Under the pieces are notes generated by a model. That model was not told the origin of the DNA. It was given only the letters and a program-made list of their open reading frames with translations, and searched no databases. A program made the position numbers and the translations under genes. A stretch of 64,000 bases of DNA from an uncultured delta proteobacterium (lineage in GTDB: Bacteria; Desulfobacterota; Binatia; Binatales; Binataceae): the NCBI GenBank assembly GCA_963842085.1, contig CAWJET010000001.1, positions 2,912,001 to 2,976,000 on the forward strand, read 5' to 3'. Positions 52,544 through 61,803 of this stretch are shown in pieces (within the stretch, counting starts at the first letter, position 1; each line of letters begins with the position of its first letter).

Positions 52544-52623
52544 GTCAGCCTGACGAAGCGAGCAACGCGAGCGGCATGAAGGATCTCCGACAGCGGCGCG
52601 TAAGTGCCGCCGGTTCCGGTTCC
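52544..52623 (+). repeat. Repeat family A, diverged copy
   Basis: GTCAGCCTGACGAAGCGAGCAACGCGAGCGGCATGAAGGATCTCCGACAGCGGCGCGTAAGTGCCGCCGGTTCCGGTTCC. Confidence 0.8.
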
Positions 52624-52676
52624 GCGTCGGCGCATCCAATGAGAAATCCGCACGCCTGCGCCCCGGCCCCGGGAGA

Positions 52677-52909
52677 TGAACTTTTCACCCTGACCAAGCT
52701 GGATTCGACGTGCTACTCATACTGCATGGACAACCGTTTGGATTCCCCGTACTCGCCAAATCCCGCCCAAAATCGAGCGCCAACAGCCTCCGACAAAAAC
52801 AAAATTTTGACGGAACGAACCCACCGATGGTAGTGACATCGTCCCAAAACCACAAGGGATGGTATGAATTGTCTTTTTCGGCTCCATTCGGTCAGGCGGA
52901 CATCGCGCC
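52677..52909 (+). repeat. Dispersed ~230 bp element B, copy 2 (35-aa small ORF 52726-52833)
   Basis: Colinear with 35344-35575; same blocks at the same offsets from the ATG. Confidence 0.8.
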
Positions 52910-52977
52910 CTTTACCCTTAATGATGCTCGCGCGCCCTCCGTTTCCACTTATCGATGCGTCGCGTTAGGTTGTCACC

Positions 52978-53349
52978 ATGCCCTCATCGAGCGCGCGCGT
53001 TGAAGCATGGAAGTCCGCGTGGGAAAGCCGCGACCCGGCGCGCGTCGTTGCGCTTTACACTCGCGACGCGACCCATCAGAGCGCGCTCATCGCAAAAATC
53101 TATCCGGAGCTGGGCAGGCTCGCGCTGAATGGCCATCATGAAATCGGCGTGTACGCGCGCCGCGGCCTCGAGCGCTACACCGACCTTAGCTTCGAAATCA
53201 TTACGGTCACCGAATCCGGCGATCGCGCCGCTGTCGAATACCGGCGCCATTCGAATCTCGATGGCGCCAATCCCGCGCACGTGCTCGAGCTGATCGAATG
53301 GCGCGACGCCCTGATCAGCGCGGTTCGCGTCTTTCATTTTGGCGGATAG
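52978..53349 (+). CDS. SnoaL/NTF2-like protein
   Basis: WKSAWESRDPARVVALYTRDA...G...LSFEI...VEY pattern. Confidence 0.82.
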   Translation: MPSSSARVEAWKSAWESRDPARVVALYTRDATHQSALIAKIYPELGRLALNGHHEIGVYARRGLERYTDLSFEIITVTESGDRAAVEYRRHSNLDGANPAHVLELIEWRDALISAVRVFHFGG

Positions 53350-53356
53350 CCGCAGG

Positions 53357-54733
53357 ATGAAGCTCTCGACGCGACTGCTCGGCAAGTCCTACCGCTTCCG
53401 TTCCATCAAGGAACTGCTCGCACGCGCTAACGAAGCGCGCTCGGGCGATGAACTGGCTGGAATCGCGGCGCGCTCCGAGCAGGAACGCATCGCGGCCAAG
53501 GCGGTGCTCGCCGATCTCACGTTGAACGACCTGCGCGAGAACCCGGTCGTTGCCTACGATCGCGACGAGGTGACCCGCGTTATCGACGACGCGCTCGACC
53601 GCGACGCATTTGCCGCCGTGCGCAATCAAACGCTTGGCGAGTTTCGCGAATGGCTGCTCAACGACGCGACCACCGGCGACGCGCTCCTCGCGACCGGCCG
53701 CGGAATCACCGCCGAGATTGCCGCCGCGGTCGCCAAGCTGTGCACCAATCTCGACCTGATCGTGATCGCGTCGAAAATTCGTGTCGTCACCCACGCGCGC
53801 ACCACGCTTGGCCTTCCGGGGCGCCTCTCGACGCGCCTGCAGCCCAACCATCCGCGCGACGATCTCACCGGGATCGCGGCCGCAATCTACGAGGGCCTCG
53901 CCTACGCAACCGGCGACGCGCTCATCGGAATCAACCCATGCATCGACGAACCCGACAACATCCGCCGGCTGCTCGAACTCACCGCCGACATCATCGAGCG
54001 CACCGGAGTGCCGGCGCAGAACTGCGTGCTCGGCCACATAACGACGCAGATGCGCGCGCTCGAAGCCGGCGCGCCGATGGACATCATGTTCCAGAGCCTG
54101 GCCGGCACCGAGAAGGGCAACGCTGGTTTCGGCATCACGGTCGCGATGCTCGACGACGGCTATGCGATGATTCGCGAGACGGGCCGCCTGCGCTCAGCGA
54201 AACCGAACCTGATGTACTTCGAGACGGGGCAGGGCTCCGAGCTGTCGGCCGGCGCGCACGAGGGCGCCGACCAGGTCACCCTCGAAGCACGATGCTACGG
54301 TCTCGCGCGCCGCTACTCGCCGCTGCTGGTCAACACGGTGGTGGGATTCATCGGGCCTGAGTATCTGTACGACGCGAAGCAAATCACGCGCGCCGGCCTC
54401 GAGGATCACCTGATGGGCAAGCTGCTCGGCGTCCCGCACGGCGCCGACGCGTGCTACACCAATCACGCGCGCGCCGATCAGAATGACTGCGAGAATCTCG
54501 CCGTGCTGCTCGCCGCCGCGGGATGTAACTACTTTATGGGGGTGCCGATGGGCGACGACGTGATGCTCTCATACCAATCCACCAGCTATCACGACGCCGC
54601 CGCGCTGCGCGCCGTGCTCAAGCTGCGTCTCGCGCCCGAGTTCGAAGATTGGTGCGAGACTCGCGGAATCATCCGCGACGGCCGACTCACCGCACGCGCG
54701 GGCGACGCGCGAATCTTGATGGACCAACAATGA
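53357..54733 (+). CDS. eutB: Ethanolamine ammonia-lyase large subunit
   Basis: RSGDELAG, RLQPNHP, GDALIGINP, MYFETGQGS, NTVVGFIGPEYL, CYTNH. Confidence 0.96.
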   Translation: MKLSTRLLGKSYRFRSIKELLARANEARSGDELAGIAARSEQERIAAKAVLADLTLNDLRENPVVAYDRDEVTRVIDDALDRDAFAAVRNQTLGEFREWLLNDATTGDALLATGRGITAEIAAAVAKLCTNLDLIVIASKIRVVTHARTTLGLPGRLSTRLQPNHPRDDLTGIAAAIYEGLAYATGDALIGINPCIDEPDNIRRLLELTADIIERTGVPAQNCVLGHITTQMRALEAGAPMDIMFQSLAGTEKGNAGFGITVAMLDDGYAMIRETGRLRSAKPNLMYFETGQGSELSAGAHEGADQVTLEARCYGLARRYSPLLVNTVVGFIGPEYLYDAKQITRAGLEDHLMGKLLGVPHGADACYTNHARADQNDCENLAVLLAAAGCNYFMGVPMGDDVMLSYQSTSYHDAAALRAVLKLRLAPEFEDWCETRGIIRDGRLTARAGDARILMDQQ

Positions 54734-55497
54734 AAAAACCTGGCCCGGATTCCGATTTCGACGCGATGCGCAAATCTACGCCTGCGCGCCTTGGTCTTGG
54801 ACGCGCCGGTCCGCGCTACACTACGGCCGCGATGCTCTCATTGCGCGCGGATCACGCGCGCGCTGTCGATGCGGTCATGACACAGGTCGCGCAGGACTGG
54901 CCGCGGCGCAACAGCTTGCTCGAGGTTCACTCTCAGGCGCTCACGCGCGAGGACTACATCCGCCATCCCGAGCGCGGCCGGCGTCTCGACGCCGCCGATG
55001 CAAAGCGCGTCGCGCGGCTCAAGCTGCGTGGCCGCGGCAAATCGCCGATGCCGAGCGTATTGCTATGCATTGGCGACGGACTTTCATCGGCTGCCGTCGA
55101 AAAGAATGCGGCGCCGCTGCTCCGCGCGCTCACGCGGCTGCTCGCGCCGCGATACCGGCTCCTGAAGCCAATCTTCATTCGCAACGCGCGCGTCAGAATC
55201 GAGGACCATCTCGGCGAAATCCTGCGCCCCGACGTAGTATGCATGATCGTCGGCGAGCGTCCCGGCCTCGTCACCGCGGAGAGCTTGAGCGCCTACCTGA
55301 TTTACCGGCCCACGCTCAAATCGATCGAGCCCGACCGCACCGTCATTTCGAACATCCATCGCCGCGGCATTCCAATTGCGCAAGCCGCCCGCAAAATCGC
55401 AACGCTGCTCGAAGATGTTATCAAGTTTCAAGCCTCCGGCGCCCCCCTGGCCAGGAAAACTTCCGATTCCCTCCCACGTTCGTCGGGAGAGGGTTAG
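54730..55497 (+). CDS. eutC: Ethanolamine ammonia-lyase small subunit
   Basis: TPARLGLGRAG, DHARAVDAV, IGDGLSSAA, VGERPGL, DRTVISNI. Confidence 0.95.
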   Translation: MKKPGPDSDFDAMRKSTPARLGLGRAGPRYTTAAMLSLRADHARAVDAVMTQVAQDWPRRNSLLEVHSQALTREDYIRHPERGRRLDAADAKRVARLKLRGRGKSPMPSVLLCIGDGLSSAAVEKNAAPLLRALTRLLAPRYRLLKPIFIRNARVRIEDHLGEILRPDVVCMIVGERPGLVTAESLSAYLIYRPTLKSIEPDRTVISNIHRRGIPIAQAARKIATLLEDVIKFQASGAPLARKTSDSLPRSSGEG

Positions 55498-55589
55498 GGT
55501 GGGGGACCTCTTGCGGCGCGATTGCCCGATGCGCCGCAATCTCCCTGCGCTGGCGCCTGCTCATCCGAAAAACTACGCTGAAAACTGCC

Positions 55590-56003
55590 ATGTCCGATCG
55601 CGAATCAGCGCTCGCCGCCAACCGCGCCTTTTACGACGCCTTCGAAAGCCTCGACGCGGAAAAGATGGAAGCGGTCTGGCTTAAAGACCCGCGCATCATT
55701 TGCATCCATCCCGGATGGCGCAAACTTTCGGGATGGGGTCCGATCATGTCGAGCTGGGAGCGCATCCTCGACAACGTGTTCGAGATGAAGTTCGAGCTCG
55801 GCGAGATCGAAGTGATGATCAGCGGCGACCTGGCGATCGTCGTGGTCGAGGAAAACCTCACCCAGCGCGGCTACGACGGCACCCAGCGCTCGAACGTGCT
55901 CGCCACCAACGTCTTCGAGCGGGTCGGCACTGCATGGTTCATGGTGATGCATCATGGCTCGCCGGTGATCGCGCCGCCCGACGACGAGCCGCCGCTGCAA
56001 TAA
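55590..56003 (+). CDS. NTF2/SnoaL-like protein
   Basis: ANRAFYDAFE...CIHPGW..LSG...SWERI...ATNVFE...MVMHHGSP. Confidence 0.88.
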   Translation: MSDRESALAANRAFYDAFESLDAEKMEAVWLKDPRIICIHPGWRKLSGWGPIMSSWERILDNVFEMKFELGEIEVMISGDLAIVVVEENLTQRGYDGTQRSNVLATNVFERVGTAWFMVMHHGSPVIAPPDDEPPLQ

Positions 56004-56024
56004 TGCGAGGACAACAGTTCGACG

Positions 56025-56897
56025 ATGCTCAAGCGCGTTGACAGAATTCAGATTGGAGTCGCGGACCGCAATGCGGCCGAGCGGGTCGTCGCGGAAGTCT
56101 TCGGCGCGGAACTGATTCGCCGCGACAAGGCGGCGCCGCTGGCCGCCAGGCGAACTACGATGCAGGCGGGGACGAGCTTCGTCGAAATTCTCGAACCCGA
56201 TGGCGCCGGCGCGGTCCAGGATTTCGTCGCCAAATGGGGCAGCGGACTTTTCGGCGCGGGATTTTCGGTGGATGACCACGCCGCGGCCGCGCGTCATCTC
56301 GCGAAATGCGGCGTCAACTTCGAGCAATCCGCGGGACAACTGTATCTCGACGCTGCCGCAACGTTCGGGATGCGCACTGTCATCTCGCAGCATCACGAGC
56401 GCGCGCCCGTCGGCGCGATCGAGTGGGCCTACGAAGTCACCAACGTCGTTGGCGATTGGCGGGCGGCGTCGGAGCGCTATGCGCGCATCTTCGGTCTCGA
56501 CCCGGCGAAGTTCAGTCCAATCGAGAGCAAGCAGTTCGGCTACACCGGCACGCTCACGCTGTTCGAGCCTCCCGCGCGGCTGGACCGAATCGAGATCGCG
56601 CAAATCACGGAGCCCAGCCTTGCGATGGGCCGCTTCCACCAGCGCCGCGGCGACTCGCTGTACATGTTTTTCGTCGAGACCGACGACGTCGGCGCGCTCG
56701 AACAGCGCCTGCAGGCGCGCGGCGCGCGTTTCGCAGCGCAACGACGCGACGAGGCGGGACTGGCGGAGTTGTTCATCCATCCCTCGGCATTTCTCGGCGT
56801 GCTGGTCGGCGTCAGCCGCACCGAGCACGCCTGGCTGTGGTCCGGCGACCCCGAGCGCGCGAAGCGCGCCGCCAACGAGCGCGCGCTGAAAGTCTAG
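56025..56897 (+). CDS. Two-domain VOC/glyoxalase family protein
   Basis: MLKRVDRIQIGVAD, VEILEP...FVAKWGSGL, second module RIEIAQ...RFHQRRGDSLY, FIHP. Confidence 0.82.
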   Translation: MLKRVDRIQIGVADRNAAERVVAEVFGAELIRRDKAAPLAARRTTMQAGTSFVEILEPDGAGAVQDFVAKWGSGLFGAGFSVDDHAAAARHLAKCGVNFEQSAGQLYLDAAATFGMRTVISQHHERAPVGAIEWAYEVTNVVGDWRAASERYARIFGLDPAKFSPIESKQFGYTGTLTLFEPPARLDRIEIAQITEPSLAMGRFHQRRGDSLYMFFVETDDVGALEQRLQARGARFAAQRRDEAGLAELFIHPSAFLGVLVGVSRTEHAWLWSGDPERAKRAANERALKV

Positions 56898-56976
56898 CGC
56901 CCCGGAATTGGGTGCAGTGGTCACCCCTGCCCAAGGAAGTGTGAAACCCACGGTAGGTTTCACTACGATTAGGTTC

Positions 56977-58152
56977 TTACTTGGTCTCGCGCATTGCGCG
57001 CACCAGAATCGCCGCGAGCTCCGGGCGCGTGAATTCCGGCGGCGGCGCTTCCCCCGCGCGCAGCATCTCGCGGACTTTCGTGCCCGACAGTATCAAACGG
57101 TCCGCGTCGGTATGCGGGCAGGTCTTGAACGACGCCATCGCGTTGCATCGCTTGCAGTAAAAGGTGTTCTCGAACATCAGCGGCGTGATCCCGAGTTCCG
57201 CCGGCGCGAAGCGCTCGAAGATCTTCTGCGCGTCGTAGCTGCCGTAGTAACTGCCGACGCCGGCGTGGTCGCGCCCCACGATGAAATGCGTGCAGCCGTA
57301 GTTGCGCCGCGCGATGGCGTGCAGGATCGCCTCGCGCGGGCCGCCGTAGCGCATGTGCGCCGGGAACACGCCGATCATCGCGCGATTCTTCGGGTAGTAC
57401 AGGTCGAGCAGCACCTTGTAGGTCTCCATCCTGACCGCGGCGGGCACGTCGTCGCCCTTGGTCTCGCCGACCAGCGGATGGATCATCAGGCCGTCGCAGA
57501 TTTCCAGCGCCGCTTTCTGGATATACTCGTGCGCGCGATGGGTCGGGTTGCGGGTCTGGAAGGCGACGATCTTCTTCCAGCCACGCTCGCGGAACGCCGC
57601 GCGCGTCTGCCGCGGCTCGCGCGGAAATTCCAGGAACGTGCGCCCCGGTATCTCCTCGACCAGCGTGACCTTGCCCGCAATGCAGTACGGCGGCATCGAG
57701 GTGACGTTCTTCGCCCCCGGATGCGCATCCTCGGCAGTGCCGAACACGTTTTGCGCTTCTAGTTTGCGATCGACTTTGTAAATTTCCGCGAGCTTGAGAA
57801 TCGCCAGCCGCTTGCCGTCTTCGGTCGCCAGCGCGATCTCATTGCCCGTCTTCAGAGACTTCGCTGTCGCCTCATCGACGCCCAGCGTGATTGGAATCGA
57901 CCACGGTGCTCCCGACGCAAGGCGCATCTCGTCGCGCGAGCGTGTGTAATCGGCCTCGCCCATGAAGCCCGTCAGCGGCGAGAACGCGCCCGTCGCGAGC
58001 ATCTCGAGGTCGGCCAGGTCGCGCGCGTTGAGCGTGACGCTCGCGAGCTTCGCGGCATGCGCCGCCAGCGCAGCGCGCTCGGAGGCCGGCGCTTTCAGAT
58101 CGACCAGCTCGCCGCCGCCGTGCGCCCCGATTGCGTCGTCGCGCACGCTCAT
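56977..58152 (-). CDS. sat: Sulfate adenylyltransferase (Sat type)
   Basis: [57 protein letters not shown]. Confidence 0.96.
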   Translation of the reverse strand: MSVRDDAIGAHGGGELVDLKAPASERAALAAHAAKLASVTLNARDLADLEMLATGAFSPLTGFMGEADYTRSRDEMRLASGAPWSIPITLGVDEATAKSLKTGNEIALATEDGKRLAILKLAEIYKVDRKLEAQNVFGTAEDAHPGAKNVTSMPPYCIAGKVTLVEEIPGRTFLEFPREPRQTRAAFRERGWKKIVAFQTRNPTHRAHEYIQKAALEICDGLMIHPLVGETKGDDVPAAVRMETYKVLLDLYYPKNRAMIGVFPAHMRYGGPREAILHAIARRNYGCTHFIVGRDHAGVGSYYGSYDAQKIFERFAPAELGITPLMFENTFYCKRCNAMASFKTCPHTDADRLILSGTKVREMLRAGEAPPPEFTRPELAAILVRAMRETK

Positions 58153-58697
58153 CGCCGTCCTCCCCGGTTGATGTAGCTCAGCTCCTCGAGCCGCCCGATC
58201 AACTTGCCCAGGCTCTGGTCGACGGTTTCCACGCTGCTGTCGACGACCAGCTCGGGCTTCAGCGGCTCTTCGTACGGGTCCGACACGCCGGTGAAAGATT
58301 TGATCTCGCCGGCCAGCGCCTTCTTGTAGAGCCCCTTGACGTCGCGCTCGACGAGCTTGTCGATCGTGCAGCGCACGTACACTTCGAAGAAGCGGTCGTG
58401 CTTGCGGCGCACCTCGTCGCGAATCTCCCGGTAGGGCGAAATCGCCGCCGAAATCGCGATCACGCCGTTGCGCGACAGCAGATGGCACACGTAGCCGATC
58501 CGCCGGATGTTAATGTCGCGATCCTCCTTGGAAAAGCCGAGTCCCTTGGAAAGATTGGTGCGGACTTCGTCGCCGTCGAGGATTTCGACGCGATGCGCCC
58601 GACTGCGCAGTTCTTCGGCCGCCAGATTCGCAAGCGTGGATTTCCCCGCCCCGGACAGTCCCGTAAACCACAAGGTAAAGCCTTGATCCATCGGCAA
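58149..58697 (-). CDS. cysC: Adenylyl-sulfate kinase
   Basis: [46 protein letters not shown]. Confidence 0.96.
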   Translation of the reverse strand: MPMDQGFTLWFTGLSGAGKSTLANLAAEELRSRAHRVEILDGDEVRTNLSKGLGFSKEDRDINIRRIGYVCHLLSRNGVIAISAAISPYREIRDEVRRKHDRFFEVYVRCTIDKLVERDVKGLYKKALAGEIKSFTGVSDPYEEPLKPELVVDSSVETVDQSLGKLIGRLEELSYINRGGRR

Positions 58698-58800
58698 AAA
58701 CTGATGCTCCTCAATAATAGATTACTTACTGAACTCTTCAAGTTACTTAATATTATTGGAGGAAACAAGGCTGCAACAAAGGACCCCTTCGCGAATTCTA

Positions 58801-58881
58801 AACCGGAACCGGCTTCGCTGGCCCGAAGCTGTCCGAGATCCTTGCGCTGCGCTCGCGATGCTCGCAGCGTTCAGGATGACA
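58801..58881 (-). repeat. Repeat family A, inverted copy; supplies the HAD stop codon
   Basis: Reverse complement reads TGTCATCCTGAACGCTGCGAGCATCGCGAGCGCAGCGCAAGGATCTCGGACAGCTTCGGGCCAGCGAAGCCGGTTCCGGTT. Confidence 0.85.
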
Positions 58882-59560
58882 AGCCAGCGGGCAGGTTCAG
58901 TTGAATCGCAAGCGCGGCCGGTGAGCCGAAGATTTCGGCGGCGCCCGCCGCCAACAGTCGATCCCGCGCGCTATCGGTAGGCGCGATTCCGTAAAACCTC
59001 ACGCCGCAACTTTGCGCGGCGCGAAGGTCGGCTTCGCTGTCGCCGACGAATGCGGCCTCCGATCGATCGATGGAAAATACTTCGAGCGCGCGAATCAGCA
59101 TGTCGGGCGCCGGCTTGAGTCCGAGCAGTGTGTCGCGCCCGACGATGGCATCGACGCATGGGTGCCCATTTCTGTCGAACCAGCGCGCGACCGTTCTCGA
59201 GGAGTTGGACGTCACGATCGCGACTGCGGCGCCGCTTTGTTTCAATGCCGCCAGTGTTTCGACTGCTCCTTCGAGCGGCTGTGCGCGATCGACTCCCGCA
59301 AGCTCGATCTTCTCGATTATCTCAGAAGCATGCCGCAGTCGTTCGATGACCTCAGCTCCGTTGGCTTGTGCGAGCATGAGGGTGCGGTAGGCATCGTAGA
59401 GCGGGAGGTTGCCGCGCGGGATTCGCGCGAACAGTTCGTCGGGCGCGCCGATCGAGCGCAGGTAGGGCTCGAGGATGAGCCGGCCGCCCGCCCAATCGAC
59501 CTCGGGCTCGAGCCGCGCGATCGTGTTGTCGAAGTCGAACATCCAGAGCTTGTACATCAC
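58871..59560 (-). CDS. HAD-family hydrolase/phosphatase
   Basis: FDFDNT motif I, VTSN, KPAPD, FVGDSEADL. Confidence 0.9.
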   Translation of the reverse strand: MMYKLWMFDFDNTIARLEPEVDWAGGRLILEPYLRSIGAPDELFARIPRGNLPLYDAYRTLMLAQANGAEVIERLRHASEIIEKIELAGVDRAQPLEGAVETLAALKQSGAAVAIVTSNSSRTVARWFDRNGHPCVDAIVGRDTLLGLKPAPDMLIRALEVFSIDRSEAAFVGDSEADLRAAQSCGVRFYGIAPTDSARDRLLAAGAAEIFGSPAALAIQLNLPAGLSS

Positions 59561-60159
59561 GGATCGACGCGAACCCTGGTCTCATAGCCGTCGAACTCGA
59601 TTGTCGCGCGCGACGGATTTTCCGCGTATCCGGCGAGCAGCTTGAATGCTTCCGCCGTCGCGAGCATCGCGATAAAATCCGCGGCCTCCGAACGCGTGCC
59701 GACCGATGCAGGCATCGACGCGTCGACGGTTCGCCCGCCCTGGGTTCGGGGGATGACGATAATTTTTCCCGGCGCGTCGAGACGCGCGATCACCAATGCT
59801 GGCACATCTCGATTGTTCGCGATCTCATGTGCAACCTTCCGAGCCGAATCACTTCCGACAATCACGAATGCCAAATTAATGCGTCCTCGTGGTTCATTCG
59901 CGACGGTGACGGATACGTCGGCATTCAGTGCGCGCGCTTGTGCGATCTTCTCGGCGAATCCGGCTTCGTTGCCGGCTACTCGAACGCCTATCGCTCCAAC
60001 TCCCGCACCGACCAGGTACGCGAGCGGCGCTTCGATATCGCGCGCGTCTCCCGCCAGCAGCATCCGTGCGGCGAGCAAGCGTTCCTGGCCGCGGCCGCCG
60101 ACGCGCGGCACGATGATTTGCCGGCTGTAGCGATCGATTTGCGCGTCAGTCAGGGTCAT
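59557..60159 (-). CDS. Degenerate ThiF/MoeB-like protein (keeps RYSRQ, lacks the ATP loop and all Cys)
   Basis: QIDRYSRQII...GGRGQERL, YLVGAGVG, LNADV, AEAFKLLAG; GxGxxG replaced by AGDARD; no SNLxRQ. Confidence 0.8.
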   Translation of the reverse strand: MTLTDAQIDRYSRQIIVPRVGGRGQERLLAARMLLAGDARDIEAPLAYLVGAGVGAIGVRVAGNEAGFAEKIAQARALNADVSVTVANEPRGRINLAFVIVGSDSARKVAHEIANNRDVPALVIARLDAPGKIIVIPRTQGGRTVDASMPASVGTRSEAADFIAMLATAEAFKLLAGYAENPSRATIEFDGYETRVRVDP

Positions 60160-60174
60160 CGCACACGCGCACGG

Positions 60175-60420
60175 TCACTCGATCACGTTCTTTTCGATTG
60201 GCTCGACGGTGACTCCGGTGCTGCGCAACCAGGTCAGCGCGCGTTCGATCTGATCCGAGCTGCCTTCGAATTCGACGGCGACGAGTCCCATCTCCTCGGA
60301 CACGCTCGCGCCCCGAATATTGAAAACGAGGTCGAACTTCTTCACCAGCTGGTAAAGGATCGGCTCCTTGATCAGCGTGCGCGGATAGCTCAGGTAGTAG
60401 CGTTCGTGGATACGTTCCAT
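60175..60420 (-). CDS. Stand-alone NIL-domain protein
   Basis: YPRTLIKEPILYQLVKKFDLVFNIRGASV...G....IERALTWLRSTGVTVEP. Confidence 0.85.
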   Translation of the reverse strand: MERIHERYYLSYPRTLIKEPILYQLVKKFDLVFNIRGASVSEEMGLVAVEFEGSSDQIERALTWLRSTGVTVEPIEKNVIE

Positions 60421-60427
60421 TTGCGGG

Positions 60428-61501
60428 TTACTTCTTCTTCCACTTGGCGATGACTTGTTGCAGGCGCTCGCGACGCCATTCCTGCCATCCGATCCACAAA
60501 TTCGTCGACAGATATTTGTCGCCGAAGTCGGCGAACACGGTGACTATCGTGCCTTCGCGAATTGAGCGCGCGACCCTGAGCGCTGCGATCATCGCGGCCC
60601 CCGACGATTGGCCGACCAGGATGCCTTCGGTCTGCCCGAGCGCGTACACCATCTCGTACGCTTCTTCGGTGCCGACCGGGATTTTGTCGTCGAGCTGTTT
60701 TTCGTGATAGATGCCGGGTACGATCGAGCTCGCCATGTGCTTGAGGCCCTCGAGCCCGTGCATCGCGTCGTCCGGCTCGACCGCAATCACTTTGAGCGCG
60801 CGGTTCTTCGCTTTGAGAAACCTGCCCGTGCCCATCACCGTGCCGCCGGTGCCGATCGCCGCAACGAAATGGGTCACCTGGCCGCGCGTCTGGCGCCAGA
60901 TTTCCGGGCCGGTGGTCTCGAAATGCGCAATCGAGTTGGCCTCGTTGTTGTACTGGTCGGGCTTGAAGTAGCGCCCGGGGTTGTCCTCGATAAGGCGGCG
61001 GCACATGACGATCGCGCCGTCGGAACCTTCCATCGGATCCGAGAAATGAATTTTTGCGCCGTAAGCCTCGACGATTTTCTTGCGCTCGCGGCTCACGTTC
61101 GACGGCATCACCAGCTCGACCGGGTAGCCGAGCGTCGCACCAAGCATCGCCAGCGCGATTCCGGTGTTGCCCGAGGTCGAATCCAGGATCACCTTGCCTG
61201 GTTTCAGCTTGCCTTCGTTGATTCCCACCTCGAGCATTTTCTTCGCCGGCCGATCCTTGACCGAGCCGCCGGGGTTGAAGCCCTCGAGCTTGGCGAAAAT
61301 CCGCACGCCCGCGGGGATCAACCCCGCCGTCAGCCGGGTGATCTCCAGCAGCGGAGTATTGCCGACGAGATCGAGCACGCTGTTCGCGCGCCCAACCGGG
61401 ACGATCTCGCGGAGCGGCGCGACACGGCTGCCCGCGCTGTCGCGAGCGCCGGCGTCAGCGTCCGCCGGCAATCGCGGGAACGATTGAGATGTCGTCGCCA
61501 T
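60428..61501 (-). CDS. cysM: PLP-dependent cysteine synthase family protein (CysM-like)
   Basis: VGNTPL, KLEGFNPGGSVKDR, TSGNTGIAL, DQYNN, GTGGT, GLEGLK, GQSSGA, KYLS. Confidence 0.88.
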   Translation of the reverse strand: MATTSQSFPRLPADADAGARDSAGSRVAPLREIVPVGRANSVLDLVGNTPLLEITRLTAGLIPAGVRIFAKLEGFNPGGSVKDRPAKKMLEVGINEGKLKPGKVILDSTSGNTGIALAMLGATLGYPVELVMPSNVSRERKKIVEAYGAKIHFSDPMEGSDGAIVMCRRLIEDNPGRYFKPDQYNNEANSIAHFETTGPEIWRQTRGQVTHFVAAIGTGGTVMGTGRFLKAKNRALKVIAVEPDDAMHGLEGLKHMASSIVPGIYHEKQLDDKIPVGTEEAYEMVYALGQTEGILVGQSSGAAMIAALRVARSIREGTIVTVFADFGDKYLSTNLWIGWQEWRRERLQQVIAKWKKK

Positions 61502-61733
61502 CCTTTACCTTGGAATTGATCGCATCGAGGAAGCGGACGTCGTCGCCGTTGAGATAAATGTTGACGAAGCGGCGGATGTCGCCTTTTTCATCGAGCAGCC
61601 GCTCGCGTATTCCCGGATGGCGCCGATCGAGGTCTTCGATCACCGCCTTGATCGAAGCGCCGTCGGCCGGAACTTCGTCGACACCCGCGGTGAACCTTCG
61701 AAGTGGAGTTGGAACTCTGACGCGTACTGCCAT
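61455..61733 (-). CDS. MoaD/ThiS/CysO-type ubiquitin-fold sulfur carrier ending GG-R
   Basis: VRVPTPLRRFT...RRFVNIYLNGDDVRFL...DGDDISIVPAIAGGR. Confidence 0.93.
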   Translation of the reverse strand: MAVRVRVPTPLRRFTAGVDEVPADGASIKAVIEDLDRRHPGIRERLLDEKGDIRRFVNIYLNGDDVRFLDAINSKVKDGDDISIVPAIAGGR

Positions 61734-61803
61734 GATTGGGGACTTGCCTCCTGATTGAATTGCTACACTTATGCCCGCCGCATAGTCCAAACAAGCGCCG
61801 CCG

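Noticed and set aside
55469-55508. CCCTCCC...GGGAGAGGGTTAGGGTGGGGG hairpin at the end of eutC, with a weak relative near 52497-52532
   Set aside because: Resembles a common REP-like motif, but there is only one clear copy, so a family cannot be supported from this window.
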